From the IMG/VR virus record IMGVR_UViG_3300023273_001138: 64,000 nucleotides of DNA. The stretch is one strand, 5' to 3'. Shown here in pieces: positions 30,201 to 37,781 of this stretch (positions are counted from its first letter, which is position 1; every line of letters begins with the position of its first letter). The DNA comes from an uncultured virus (IMG/VR IMGVR_UViG_3300023273_001138). Lineage: Duplodnaviria > Heunggongvirae > Uroviricota > Caudoviricetes. The position numbers and the translations under genes were made by a program. The notes below the pieces were generated by a model that ran no database searches, was not told where the DNA came from, and worked only from the letters and a program-made list of their open reading frames with translations.

Positions 30201-32845
30201 TACAAGATTATGACCCTTGGGGTAGACCGGCTATTGTTTGGAGAGCATTAAATAATGATGCTGGTTCGAACTCCGATGGTGGTTGGAACAAAACTGTATC
30301 AAACTTAGATGGTAACAAATCATATATGTGGGTAACATATGTGAAGCGTGTTGGTTCAAATACATCTGGTACATTCTATTTAGGTTGTAGTGGTGGAGAA
30401 ACACTTAATATGAGTGGTTCAGCTAATGGTAACCCATATTTTACGGCATTTGGAATTAGTGGATTACCACAAGATGTTTGGTGTTTAGTAGTTGGTATAG
30501 TACATGCAAACAATCACCCATCTACTAGTAGTAGTGGAAAAGGTGGTGTTTGGAGATTGGATACTGGTGAAAAAATTCGGGGTTGTACTGATTATAAAAT
30601 GAGGTACACTGGTACGAGAAACCAAACTCATAGAACTTATTTATATTATTCAACAAATCCTGCTGCACAATTAAAATGGTGGGGACCTGGTGTATATGAA
30701 ATTAATGGTAACGAACCATCTATTGAAACATTAACTGGTAATAGAGCAAATGATGGTAATGGTTTAACATTTAATAACGCATCTCAAATTATAATGCCCG
30801 CATATGGTGGAGGTACGGTAAGATTTAGAACCAACACACATTGGGATAGTAGAACTGGTATTGACTTTATCGGAACGGGTACTGATGAATTCAGAATGAG
30901 TTCGGATAGTGGTAACTTGAATTTGAGAGTGGATGGTTGGATGTACAACTATGATGTAACTTACTCTCCTCGTTACTATGACCAAAACAGTACATCATAT
31001 TACGCAGACCCTGCTTCTACATCGTACTTCAACGATATGAGGGCAAATATCTACTATGATAGAGATAATACCTCATATTACGCTAACCCTGGTCAAACAT
31101 CGTACTTCAACGATATTAGAACTAATATCATTTACGATAGAGAGAATACTGCATACTACTTCGGTAGTGGACAGGGTGATGCTCGTATGAATACTGCTAG
31201 AGCGTGGAACTTCTACGCTGATGATTGGTTCAGAAACTATAATCAATATGAAGGTTTATACAACCAAGCAACTGCTAACCATTGGTATGCAGATGGTACA
31301 TATTGGAGTATTGGTGAAAGTGATAACGCTAAAGGTATTAGAATTAGAGATGGACACCAAGGTACTATTAGAGGTTATTTCTACGCAGAAGATAACAATA
31401 CTATTGGTATCTTAGATTCTGATGGAAACTGGGCAGTAAGAGTAGTTAGAGATTCGTATGTAGAACTTAGAGACAATAATGAAGTTACCTTCAGAGCTGG
31501 GCAAGGTGGTGTAGATGGAAACTATGGTACTGTTCAAACTCATGGTGGAGGTAAAGGTGGTTGGGAAGGATACTCAATCAATGGTAGATATGTATTCATG
31601 TCTGCTGATTCTTCTGGTGCTGGTATCTTCAACGATATTGATAACGAGTGGATGGCTTATTTCAATAGAAATGGTAGTACCGAACTAATGTGGAATGGTG
31701 CTAGACAAATGAATACCGATTCTTATGGTATCTATGTAAGAGACCAAGTAAGAGCACAAGTTTACTATGACCACGATACTGGATACTATGGTAACTTTAA
31801 TTCTACTTCTAGATTTAATGCAACCGTAACCAATACTTCATACTTTGGTTCAGATACAAATAAGGGTAGAGCACAGGGTTATGGGACTTATTCATCGTCT
31901 ATGCATAAAATTGCATATATGTCCTTTGACTGGAACGCTCAATACGATTACTACTACTATCACGGATTAGCATCTACTGATATCAATGGTAACTTTAGTG
32001 ATTCAATGTCATTAAACTCATTTAATGATGTTAATATTAGATTAGATAGTAACAATAATAATACTAACTCTTATCTAAGAATACATGATAATGGTGCTGG
32101 TAATTCTATGAACGTAGCATATATTGGACGGGAAAATGGAAATGCAATAGCATACTTCTACAATAGAGTATATGGTGCTATCTACTATGATAGAAATGAT
32201 GGTAATTACTATGTAGACCCGAATGGGACATCTCAACTGAATCGGATTGATATCAATTCGCAAATTAGGCATAGAGGTGATACCAATACATATATGCAGT
32301 TCCATGCATCTGACCAATGGAGAGTTGTAACTGGTGGTTCGGAAAGATTAGAGGTAAACAACTCACAAATCTACGCTACTCGAGTATTTAGATGTACGCA
32401 AGATATTATAGCATACTACTCAGATGAAAGATTAAAAGATAAGAAAGGTAAAATTGGAAATGCACTTTCTAAGATTCTTTCATTAGATGGTTTCTACTAC
32501 GAAACTAATGATTTAGCAAAAAAAGTTGGATTTACCGAAGAAGGATTACAAGTAGGTTTATCAGCACAACAGGTTAGAGATGTTGTACCTGAGGTTGTTC
32601 ACTTAGCACCATTTGATTCCGATTACGATGAAAATGGAAATCTATATTCTAAATCTGGTGAAGATTACTTAACAATAAAATACGATAGATTAATTCCTTT
32701 AGTAATTGAAGGTATTAAAGACCAGCATAAGATTGTAAGTTGGAACAACACCAAAATGAAAGAATTAGAAGGTATTATTGAAAAACAACAATCTGAAATT
32801 GAAGAATTAAAAAAATTAGTAAAACAATTAATTAATAAAGGTTAA
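21245..32845 (+). CDS. Giant (3866 aa) tail fibre with C-terminal intramolecular chaperone (Peptidase S74-like)
   Basis: YYSDERLKDK...VGLSAQQVRDVVPEVV...YLTIKYDRLIPLVIEGIK followed by a coiled coil; Gly-X-Y block; repeated fibre modules. Confidence 0.85.
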   Translation: MSYKGIDPNGINQISQSLVSLYVNGERQIDISTENVDIINDLNVQGSVSASIFSGSGEELFNIPPTALTTDAQNQIFSGSATASISPNKGFKVNVDTSISGALNVSESLTVGGVISGDGSGITNINADSIGDIDKLKSGSAEAVISPNLGFEINVDTEISGTLDISGSLRTDDTLKVDKSADIGTDLDVGNNVTIGNDLTVAGKITSTELHTTYLSSSVVYATGSNKFGDGASDKQEFTGSVGIKGDLSVDGNIDFSGNLTADDLPTGTSSEVVVFDTTTGTFQRKFNASSSGTSGTSGSSGSSGSGGTSGSGGTSGTSGSGGSSGTSGSGGSSGTSGSGGSSGTSGSGGSSGTSGSGGTSGSGGSSGTSGSGGTSGTSGSGGSSGTSGSGGSSGTSGSGGSSGTTGSSGTSGSGGTSGEDGTSGTGGSSGTGGSSGTGGSAGTSGSAGTSATAGTAGTSGSSGSSGTTGSAGTSGSGGTSGTSGSGGSSGTSASSGTGGTSGSGGTSGTSGSGGSSGTSGSAGSTGSAGSSGTGGSSGSGGSSGTAGSGGSSGTSGSGGTSGTTGSSGTGGSAGTSGSGGTSGSGGTSGSGGSSGTSGSGGSSGITGAGGSAGTSGSGGTSGSSGTSGDDGTSGSGGTSGSGGSSGTSASSGTGGTAGTSGSGGSSGTSGSGGTSGTSATSGSGGSAGTSGSGGSSGTSGSGGSSGTSGEQGTSGSDGTSGSGGTSGSGGTSGSGGSSGTSGSGGTSATAGSGGTSGSGGSSGTSGSGGSSGTAGSGGSSGTSGSGGSSGTAGSGGTSGSGGSSGTSGSGGTSGSAGSSGTLSLTGNTDNGVITLNGSAPNATVESNLTFDGTTLNVQGNLTVTGTTTTVNTETINLADNIILLNSNETGTPSQNAGIEIERGTASNKQFIWNESSDRWVADSNLQTSGNLYSTGGQLFLNETAGAITKITNENNLSIYSDHLVNFLESDASSTKAVFGLNGGNFSFNTGTLNTSYTMYVNGTFFANTVNTGQGNTEVYLMNQNVRTTDTPKFANLQLSSNNTPTIYFNGTSDGGDGASSDMAIQATPEGLNFIEPEQSNRIQFQILDDTGVNAPYGYQLNGTTVIDTSRNLVNIGTINTGQGATEVYLMNQNVRSSDSPTFNRLTLSQATGTAPLTVSSTTLVSNLNADLLDGQHGSYYAIYDHIRSLGTRAFTNGSNPNITTAQVISEMESDGAFDSYTSVFKTSWSYAGNYNLTDAGRFTETAGSSWITWTDNSSDSTRGNITALAIAPNTGGSAGRVFIYNDQGSSYAPGWREVWTSLSDGAGSGLDADLWDGYQFSDYLNQAVKTNSTPTFSGVYTSNIGINDSGFDVYINFSDANPTFRGQGHGGQFTFYGDKDQNASILYLGSIDAAKIVDAGVAMYAPIYYDSNDDNYYVNPAGTSNLNGLTVNGEINGSIDAATRLSSNTGTESDSFQYWNTINNSTLNPDTNWWYGMRLGHGNASTYYSATLAISFFSDDMRFRRLQAGTYQTWRTIGHDGNIPYAFRMNQDVRTTDSPTFAGLNLGNGNLNTVENIYLDNAIISQGDTNTYIQFHAGDQFRVVTGGSERLEVNNSTTTLATNLQINSHAIDMDLNNVADNAISLREVRNSTWPFVFVTNGVGNDNSSGFWVGSNGYPDMRLRRNDGTVRALISSWERSYVSNGFSISGGTLDMNNNDIVGVDQIIHEGDSDTYIQFHASNEWRVVTGGGERLEVNNTNTTIQNNLIVNGNVTYNGGVNLGDDYTIGKFTYVSIGDLGASGTQARTFEIARLAMDYNDWNDAGTFEVELHEDYYGRGDRKTYTVWWGYYNAWQVYLTDSRVWADNRMQVRIGSPVTISGDIRYVPVYVDVRYYGQVDVMIKTNKTVQYTDNTPSGGQAYINKSPGATNISDFTPDSEVFPTANSGQIAVPRVRFTSTSVGAWNVFNYGGAVGSGNFQDWTNSAGEMNYIQVNNLASGFSNHPTGVYTYGGVLSLRGANHSFQLYAAHTGDLAYKTQWNNDNYSGWRRILDSTNYPYAANMNQYVRTTDSVTFNEIYNNGWFRNNQSGEGLYNQATGAHWVSDADASWTARDSASSIRIRMKTNGSSERGSFYANSSNQIGILDAGGSWAIRHQNDYGTQFYTDGTTEEFRIGRDTVSGNYGTVQTRTTRGGWGGYSINGGWVFMHDHSNAAGIYNDYENEWAILMYRNSYVRLHFNGAGKLETTNTGISVTGNVVGTGTLDMDSKYHILGVSNNWDAVGQYAQTNLHFQGHQMFWIGAGNGTWFTGTANQKSQASGLAADANYAHDLLITTMYSDASYDRGITFAVSNNNDENSGWRLGKWHSGDARDASKLVVDGGLFVKGGYTDEYDYYANDYSSYYSAPAGQPHWGGDSGYFNRPSATFSTAIQIQSGNGGTNSRHPQIQFHQYGYGGPVIEYDGPEDILKFRGNSSRLDWVQFDTSGVSDGLRINYDQIYSYNRPLHLNHSANQNIYMVCASGGNVGIGHDTASQRLDVNGSVIIRTDLYMDNGRIYDVEDIFLNDRIYHDSDTNTYIQFHANDQWRVVTGGGERLEVNNGTTTVQNNLYVNGNRNRIGNGNDDRTHINDMLYVGATDSGDSHLYFGEGGYHAISYGAHWYWDSGYTFSWYMRNNNSDTLMMRYITNNNGYVYWYRHFHMNNYDINYVNQLHFNAGVRFYDDSNNNYLNFQADDTNGPTGIRFRDGNGTQYGYVYGDGDGANFGLLNRDGQWAVRTTNVQTSMYYDGAEKIYTRSDGVYVNGNIFASRFYDTNTSYYLDPASTSYLNDVRVNILYDRGATGYYWHGGSTSRMYAAEFINRVVIGGRFDYNAYNSVGSTRLHFGGGNSDANANYYIGTNLENYGGNYTKLDLRWHTGIRMGAQPGYGGIRMYNNEDLSTMLFSVGRSSQDVEVTYNLRVGGQKAINSRNHHVGSFTNLATAEDWAVSSTGNGAAALGGTFSNNGASNENSIIQDYDPWGRPAIVWRALNNDAGSNSDGGWNKTVSNLDGNKSYMWVTYVKRVGSNTSGTFYLGCSGGETLNMSGSANGNPYFTAFGISGLPQDVWCLVVGIVHANNHPSTSSSGKGGVWRLDTGEKIRGCTDYKMRYTGTRNQTHRTYLYYSTNPAAQLKWWGPGVYEINGNEPSIETLTGNRANDGNGLTFNNASQIIMPAYGGGTVRFRTNTHWDSRTGIDFIGTGTDEFRMSSDSGNLNLRVDGWMYNYDVTYSPRYYDQNSTSYYADPASTSYFNDMRANIYYDRDNTSYYANPGQTSYFNDIRTNIIYDRENTAYYFGSGQGDARMNTARAWNFYADDWFRNYNQYEGLYNQATANHWYADGTYWSIGESDNAKGIRIRDGHQGTIRGYFYAEDNNTIGILDSDGNWAVRVVRDSYVELRDNNEVTFRAGQGGVDGNYGTVQTHGGGKGGWEGYSINGRYVFMSADSSGAGIFNDIDNEWMAYFNRNGSTELMWNGARQMNTDSYGIYVRDQVRAQVYYDHDTGYYGNFNSTSRFNATVTNTSYFGSDTNKGRAQGYGTYSSSMHKIAYMSFDWNAQYDYYYYHGLASTDINGNFSDSMSLNSFNDVNIRLDSNNNNTNSYLRIHDNGAGNSMNVAYIGRENGNAIAYFYNRVYGAIYYDRNDGNYYVDPNGTSQLNRIDINSQIRHRGDTNTYMQFHASDQWRVVTGGSERLEVNNSQIYATRVFRCTQDIIAYYSDERLKDKKGKIGNALSKILSLDGFYYETNDLAKKVGFTEEGLQVGLSAQQVRDVVPEVVHLAPFDSDYDENGNLYSKSGEDYLTIKYDRLIPLVIEGIKDQHKIVSWNNTKMKELEGIIEKQQSEIEELKKLVKQLINKG
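22115..23705 (+). repeat. Gly-X-Y low-complexity block (SGTSGSGGS units)
   Basis: Directly visible 9/27-nt periodicity. Confidence 0.95.
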
Positions 32846-32864
32846 TCTTTTTACTAATATAGTT

Positions 32865-32873
32865 ATATTTATA
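32865..32873 (+). promoter_or_regulatory. Putative late-promoter motif ATATTTATA
   Basis: Recurrent intergenic motif. Confidence 0.55.
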
Positions 32874-32895
32874 AACATAAAGTAAAAAAAACAAA

Positions 32896-33417
32896 ATGGC
32901 TTTAGAAATACAAAAACAAATAGGTACAAGTAGAGGTATCACTTCTGAAGGATATGTAAGAATAGAATCTTTTGAATTTAGAAAATCAAATGGTACATTA
33001 AGAGTATATCCCACATTATATCTAAATGAAGGAGCTGCTTCTAGTGCTTCTAGAGATTTATTTGATGAACATTCACCTGCTATGTTAGTTGAAGAATGGG
33101 AAGCAAAGAGTTATGAGGTAAAAGAGGTGTATAGTTTTCATTTAACAGAATCTCAAGTTAGAAGTAGAGAATTTTTAAGAGTAGAAACTGTATCTTCATC
33201 TGTAGAACAAATGGTTCCAGACCCAGAAGACCCTGAGAATATGATTACTCAATCTTCTTGGACATACGATACTGTAAATGTTAGTGGTAGTGAAGAATAT
33301 ACAGCAGATGTAATCACAACTAATGCATTAACCGGCTCATCTATTTATGATTTTGCATATCCATTATTAAAAACAGAACTAAAAGAAGTTTTTGGTGATG
33401 TTATTGTGAATGTGTAG
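32896..33417 (+). CDS. Hypothetical fibre-associated protein
   Basis: Clean ORF between the fibre and sheath genes; no recognisable motif. Confidence 0.6.
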   Translation: MALEIQKQIGTSRGITSEGYVRIESFEFRKSNGTLRVYPTLYLNEGAASSASRDLFDEHSPAMLVEEWEAKSYEVKEVYSFHLTESQVRSREFLRVETVSSSVEQMVPDPEDPENMITQSSWTYDTVNVSGSEEYTADVITTNALTGSSIYDFAYPLLKTELKEVFGDVIVNV

Positions 33418-33510
33418 TTAAAATCTTAAATTCATAATAACCTATGTACAATTTAAGTTTGATTGTATGTGGTTAATAGAAATGAAATTTATCTTTTGGA
33501 GATTTTCGTT

Positions 33511-33519
33511 ATATTTATA
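33511..33519 (+). promoter_or_regulatory. Putative late-promoter motif ATATTTATA upstream of the sheath gene
   Basis: Recurrent intergenic motif. Confidence 0.6.
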
Positions 33520-33568
33520 TGTGTATTTGATTTATTTATCAAAATAAACTTATTGGAGAAATAAAATT

Positions 33569-35878
33569 ATGGCAGAAAGAATAGTATCACCTGGAGTATT
33601 TACGAGAGAAAATGACCTTTCGTTCTTAGCGCAGGGAGTAGGAGAAATCGGAGCAGCGTTTGTAGGACCTTTTAAACAAGGACCAGCGTTTGTTCCAACG
33701 ATTGTAAGAACACAATCAGAATTTGAAGATAAGTTCGGAACACCTGATGGAACTTATTATACAGAGTACGCAGTACAAAACTATCTTAGAGAAGCTGGAA
33801 CAGCAACAGTTGTTAGAGTTTTGGGTAAAACTGGCGCTGATGCTGGTTATTCTCAAGTAACACCTGTTGGTTTAGTAGCTAGTGGTTCTGATGGTAGTCA
33901 AACACTTATTGCAACATTACATAATACTGTAAATGGTGATGACGAAGTAGGATTTGGTCCTTTTACTGTATCCCCATCATTAACTACATCTGGTTCATTT
34001 GTGGTAAGTGGTAGTGGATTAAGTAACATATCATCTTCACTATTATCATCAGCTGGTAATGATGTAACTGATGTATTTGGTTCTGACCCATTAGGTTCTA
34101 AAGAAGCTTATGTGTATTCTTACTTTAAAAATGCAGTAAATAGTATTAACTTAGAAGTTGCTAATGGTGAGGCAGTTACTGCTGAAGTACTTCCAACTCA
34201 AAACTTTACTTATGAAGCAAGTTGGGCATCTACACCATTTGTTAAATCACAACTAATCTCAGGTGTAAGAAGTGATTTATTTAAATTCCATACATTAGGA
34301 TATGGAACAAATGAAAACTCCAGATTCAAAATTTCAATCTCCAATGTGAAAGCTGCCGGTGAAGATGGAGGTACTGATTATTCAGTATTCACAGTAATTA
34401 TTCGTTCATTCTCTGATACGGATAAAAGACCTGTTGTATTAGAAACATTTAGTAATGTAAACTTAGACCCAGCATCACCAAACTTTATCGCTAGAAGAAT
34501 CGGTGATAGATATTTAACTATCGATTCAAATGGTAAGATTACTGAAAATGGTGATTGGGTAAACAATTCAAAATATATTAGAGTACAAGTAGCAGCTCAG
34601 GGTTCATATCCTGTATCTGCTGCACCATTCGGACATGGAGCATACTCTAACCCAATTAAAGCAACCGATGAAACTATCGTTCCAGCAGTTGTTTACCAAA
34701 CCGGTTCAGTAGTAAATACTGCTGGTAACCCAACATATTTTGCTGGTTTCGATTTCGAAACAGTTGGTGTAAAATATGATAACAACAATTATATCAAACC
34801 TTTACCTGAAAGTGTAGGAGTTGGTTCGAATGTTGATTTCGGATTCGATTCTCAACTTTCTTATGTAATGAGTGGTTCTGATTCATCTGATATGGTGAAG
34901 AGACAATTTTCAATTGCATTCCAAGGTGGATTTGATGGACAATCACCTGCAACTAATATCAACTTAGGTTCTGATATGAGTGCTGGTAATTCGCAAGGAC
35001 TTGATTTATCATCAACTACGGCTGGTGGTTACCTATCATACTCTAAAGGTTTGAACGCAATTTCAAACGCTGATGAGTGGGATATCAATATGTTAGTAAC
35101 TCCTGGTGTTGTAAGAACATTACACCCAGCAGTTGTTAGTAAGGCAATTGATGTTGTTGAAGCTAGAGCAGATGCATTTTACATCGCTGATTTCGCTGAT
35201 GCTAGTTCAACAATTTCTGATGTAACAACTCAGGCAAACGCAGTAGATTCTAACTATGTTGGAACTTACTATCCTTGGGTTAAGACAGTAGATACAAACA
35301 CTAATAAATTAGTAAGTGTTCCACCTTCAGTATTATTACCTGCTGTGTACGCAGCAAATGACGCTATCGCAGCTGAATGGTTCGCACCTGCTGGTTTAAA
35401 TAGAGGTGGTATCATAGGAGCAGCATCAGTATTGAATAGATTAACTCATTCTGAAAGAGATACTTTATATGAAAACAAAGTAAACCCAATCGCAGCATTC
35501 CCTGGACAAGGTATTGTGGCATTCGGACAGAAAACATTGCAAGATAGAGCATCAGCATTAGATAGAATCAATGTTAGAAGATTATTAATCAATGTTAAGA
35601 AATTTGTAGCATCTACATCTCGATTCTTAGTATTCGAACAAAATACGGCATCGACTAGAGGTAGATTTATCAACACTGTACAACCTTACTTAGAAGGTAT
35701 CCAACAAAGACAAGGACTGTACGCATTTAAAGTAGTTATGGATGAGACTAACAACACACCTGATGTGGTTGATAGAAACATTTTAGCTGGACAGATATTC
35801 CTACAACCTGCTAAGACCGCTGAATTCATTGTAATTGATTTCAACATCTTACCAACGGGAGCATCGTTCTCAGCATAA
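33569..35878 (+). CDS. Contractile tail sheath protein (T4 gp18-like)
   Basis: SPGVFTREND N-terminus; YYPWV, WFAPAGLNRG, GQKTLQ...ALDRINVRRL, FEQN, PAKTAEFI motifs. Confidence 0.95.
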   Translation: MAERIVSPGVFTRENDLSFLAQGVGEIGAAFVGPFKQGPAFVPTIVRTQSEFEDKFGTPDGTYYTEYAVQNYLREAGTATVVRVLGKTGADAGYSQVTPVGLVASGSDGSQTLIATLHNTVNGDDEVGFGPFTVSPSLTTSGSFVVSGSGLSNISSSLLSSAGNDVTDVFGSDPLGSKEAYVYSYFKNAVNSINLEVANGEAVTAEVLPTQNFTYEASWASTPFVKSQLISGVRSDLFKFHTLGYGTNENSRFKISISNVKAAGEDGGTDYSVFTVIIRSFSDTDKRPVVLETFSNVNLDPASPNFIARRIGDRYLTIDSNGKITENGDWVNNSKYIRVQVAAQGSYPVSAAPFGHGAYSNPIKATDETIVPAVVYQTGSVVNTAGNPTYFAGFDFETVGVKYDNNNYIKPLPESVGVGSNVDFGFDSQLSYVMSGSDSSDMVKRQFSIAFQGGFDGQSPATNINLGSDMSAGNSQGLDLSSTTAGGYLSYSKGLNAISNADEWDINMLVTPGVVRTLHPAVVSKAIDVVEARADAFYIADFADASSTISDVTTQANAVDSNYVGTYYPWVKTVDTNTNKLVSVPPSVLLPAVYAANDAIAAEWFAPAGLNRGGIIGAASVLNRLTHSERDTLYENKVNPIAAFPGQGIVAFGQKTLQDRASALDRINVRRLLINVKKFVASTSRFLVFEQNTASTRGRFINTVQPYLEGIQQRQGLYAFKVVMDETNNTPDVVDRNILAGQIFLQPAKTAEFIVIDFNILPTGASFSA

Positions 35879-35898
35879 AACAAAAAAATGAATAACTA

Positions 35899-35907
35899 AT
35901 ATTTATT
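35899..35907 (+). promoter_or_regulatory. Putative late-promoter variant ATATTTATT upstream of the tube gene
   Basis: One mismatch to the recurrent motif. Confidence 0.5.
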
Positions 35908-35929
35908 AGTATAAAAGGGAAATAAAAAA

Positions 35930-36418
35930 ATGGCAGAAGTATTAGAATTTAACGAAATGTTCTTCACCAACTTCGAACCGAAGATGAAGAATCGCTATAT
36001 TATGGAGATTGATGGTATTCAATCATACTTAATTAAAACAGCAGCGAGACCATCTATCAATTTCGAAACTGTGAAGTTAGACCACATTAACACTTATAGA
36101 AAATTACAAGGTAAGGGTGAGTGGCAAGATATCACAATCACATTATATGACCCAATCGTTCCAAGTGGAGCACAACAAGTGATGGAATGGGTGAGATTAG
36201 GATATGAATCTTTAACTGGTAGAAAAGGATACGCAGATTTCTACAAAAAAGATATCGATTTCTATATGTTAGGACCTGTTGGTGATAAAATTGAACAATG
36301 GAAACTAAAAGGTGCATTCATTCAAGCAGCTAATTTCAATGATTTAGATTTCTCATCTAATGACCCTGCCGATATTGAATTAACGCTTTCGTATGATTAC
36401 GCAATATTAGAATTTTAA
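35930..36418 (+). CDS. Tail tube protein (T4 gp19-like)
   Basis: Follows the sheath; FEPK..NRY, W.DITITLYDP, W.LKGAF...LDFS...IELTLSYDY pattern. Confidence 0.9.
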   Translation: MAEVLEFNEMFFTNFEPKMKNRYIMEIDGIQSYLIKTAARPSINFETVKLDHINTYRKLQGKGEWQDITITLYDPIVPSGAQQVMEWVRLGYESLTGRKGYADFYKKDIDFYMLGPVGDKIEQWKLKGAFIQAANFNDLDFSSNDPADIELTLSYDYAILEF

Positions 36419-36449
36419 GATATTATCCACTACTATCTATAAATTGAAG

Positions 36450-36476
36450 AAGGTTCTCTTAGTGAGAACCTTTTTT
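36450..36476 (+). terminator. Intrinsic terminator after the tube gene
   Basis: AAGGTTCTC-TTAGT-GAGAACCTT followed by a T-run. Confidence 0.85.
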
Positions 36477-36534
36477 CGTTTTACAACTTTTTTATTTTGA
36501 TATACTTATATATACAAACAAATAAAGGTTAATT

Positions 36535-37308
36535 ATGAGCGAAAATAAATTTGATTTCCCAACTGAGGTAGTGGATTTACCATCAAAGGGATTAGTTTAT
36601 CCAGAAGGACATCCTTTAAGAAAAGGAAACATTGAGATTAAATATATGACAGCAAGAGAAGAAGATATTCTTGCATCACAATCTCTAATTAAAAAGGGGG
36701 TAGTTTTAGATAAACTATTTGAATCAGTAGTAGTAGAGCCAGATGTTGATATCAATGATATCTTTATTGGTGATAAAAACGCTATTCTTTTAGCAACCAG
36801 AGTAATGGGTTATGGTGCTGATTATAAAGTAGAAGTAACTGACCCATCTACATTAGAACCACAAACAGTAACTATTGATTTATCTAAAGTAAAAACCAAA
36901 GATTTTGATGAAAAAATCTTAAATGGTGATAATTTGTATAAATTTACTTTACCTAAAAGTGGAACTGAATTAGAATTTAAACTTCTTACACATGGTGATG
37001 AAATTGAAATCACAAAAGAAAATCAAGCATTGGTTAGATTGTACAAAGGTAAAGGTGATACTTCATTCGATGTAACTACTCGTTTGAAATATATGATTCA
37101 ATCGGTAGATGGTAATCAAGATAGAGGATATATTACTAAGTGGGTTCAAAATTCATTCTTAGCATTAGATACAAAAGCATTCAGAAAATTTGTTAGAGAG
37201 TTAAGTCCTGATATGGATTTAACATTCAACTTTGTTTCAGAGTTGACGGGTGAAGAGGAGGCACTCGATATCCCGTTTGGGGTATCGTTTTTTTACCCTT
37301 CCGAATGA
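36535..37308 (+). CDS. T4 gp26-like baseplate hub assembly / tail chaperone protein
   Basis: LPSKG..YP, MTAREEDIL, GDKNAILLATR..GYG and C-terminal FFYP; lies between tube and tape measure. Confidence 0.8.
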   Translation: MSENKFDFPTEVVDLPSKGLVYPEGHPLRKGNIEIKYMTAREEDILASQSLIKKGVVLDKLFESVVVEPDVDINDIFIGDKNAILLATRVMGYGADYKVEVTDPSTLEPQTVTIDLSKVKTKDFDEKILNGDNLYKFTLPKSGTELEFKLLTHGDEIEITKENQALVRLYKGKGDTSFDVTTRLKYMIQSVDGNQDRGYITKWVQNSFLALDTKAFRKFVRELSPDMDLTFNFVSELTGEEEALDIPFGVSFFYPSE

Positions 37309-37501
37309 TTATAGTATCCAACTTCATAACCAAATTTGGGAGTTGGTTAACTTTGGTAATGGATTTACTTGGAGAGATGTTTACTTCATGCCAATCCAAT
37401 GGAGAAAGTTTTACTTTAAGAAATTGGTCGATTTAAAAAAGAAGGAAGCAGACGAATACAAAAAAGCAGAACGTAAATCAAAAGTAAGGGTTAGGAAATA
37501 A
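37250..37501 (+). CDS. T4 gp51-like small ORF, probably reached by frameshift from the gp26-like gene (start uncertain)
   Basis: LHNQIWELV..GNGFTWRDVYFMPI.WRKFY pattern; overlaps upstream ORF across a T7 run; no convincing own start; terminator at its stop. Confidence 0.7.
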   Translation: MKRRHSISRLGYRFFTLPNDYSIQLHNQIWELVNFGNGFTWRDVYFMPIQWRKFYFKKLVDLKKKEADEYKKAERKSKVRVRK

Positions 37502-37517
37502 TCCTTACTTTTTTTTT
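37481..37517 (+). terminator. Intrinsic terminator overlapping the stop of the gp51-like ORF
   Basis: AAAGTAAGGGTTA-GGAAA-TAATCCTTACTTT stem running into a T-tract. Confidence 0.8.
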
Positions 37518-37522
37518 ATCCA

Positions 37523-37531
37523 ATATTTATA
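37523..37531 (+). promoter_or_regulatory. Putative late-promoter motif ATATTTATA
   Basis: Immediately after the terminator, so it could restart transcription for the tape-measure unit. Confidence 0.6.
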
Positions 37532-37559
37532 GATGTATAAAACTATAAAGAGATTACCT

Positions 37560-37769
37560 ATGTCAAAAGAAAAAACAAACGAAGGATTATTTGGGGCAGC
37601 CAAAAAATTCTCTGATGCATTTTTTGATGGTTTGAAAACTAATGCAGTTAATAAAGCATTAAAACAAGCCGAAAAGAACAAAAAAGTTCCATCTCCTATT
37701 ATTAAAAAAATGAAACAAATCGATAAACTAGCTAAAGAGCTAGAAGATGATTTAAAGTACTATTCATAA
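37560..37769 (+). CDS. Small basic hypothetical protein
   Basis: ATG 37560 is preferred over 37533, which abuts the promoter motif. Confidence 0.6.
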   Translation: MSKEKTNEGLFGAAKKFSDAFFDGLKTNAVNKALKQAEKNKKVPSPIIKKMKQIDKLAKELEDDLKYYS

Positions 37770-37781
37770 TAATATCTCAGT

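Noticed and set aside
25946..32362. Possible diversity-generating retroelement TR/VR pair or invertible shufflon in the fibre repeats
   Set aside because: Differences are mostly synonymous and not adenine-specific, repeats are direct and in frame, and no reverse transcriptase or invertase is present in the window.
33437..33476. Imperfect hairpin between the 173-aa gene and the sheath gene
   Set aside because: AU/GU-rich, bulged and without a T-tract; too weak to call a terminator or ncRNA.
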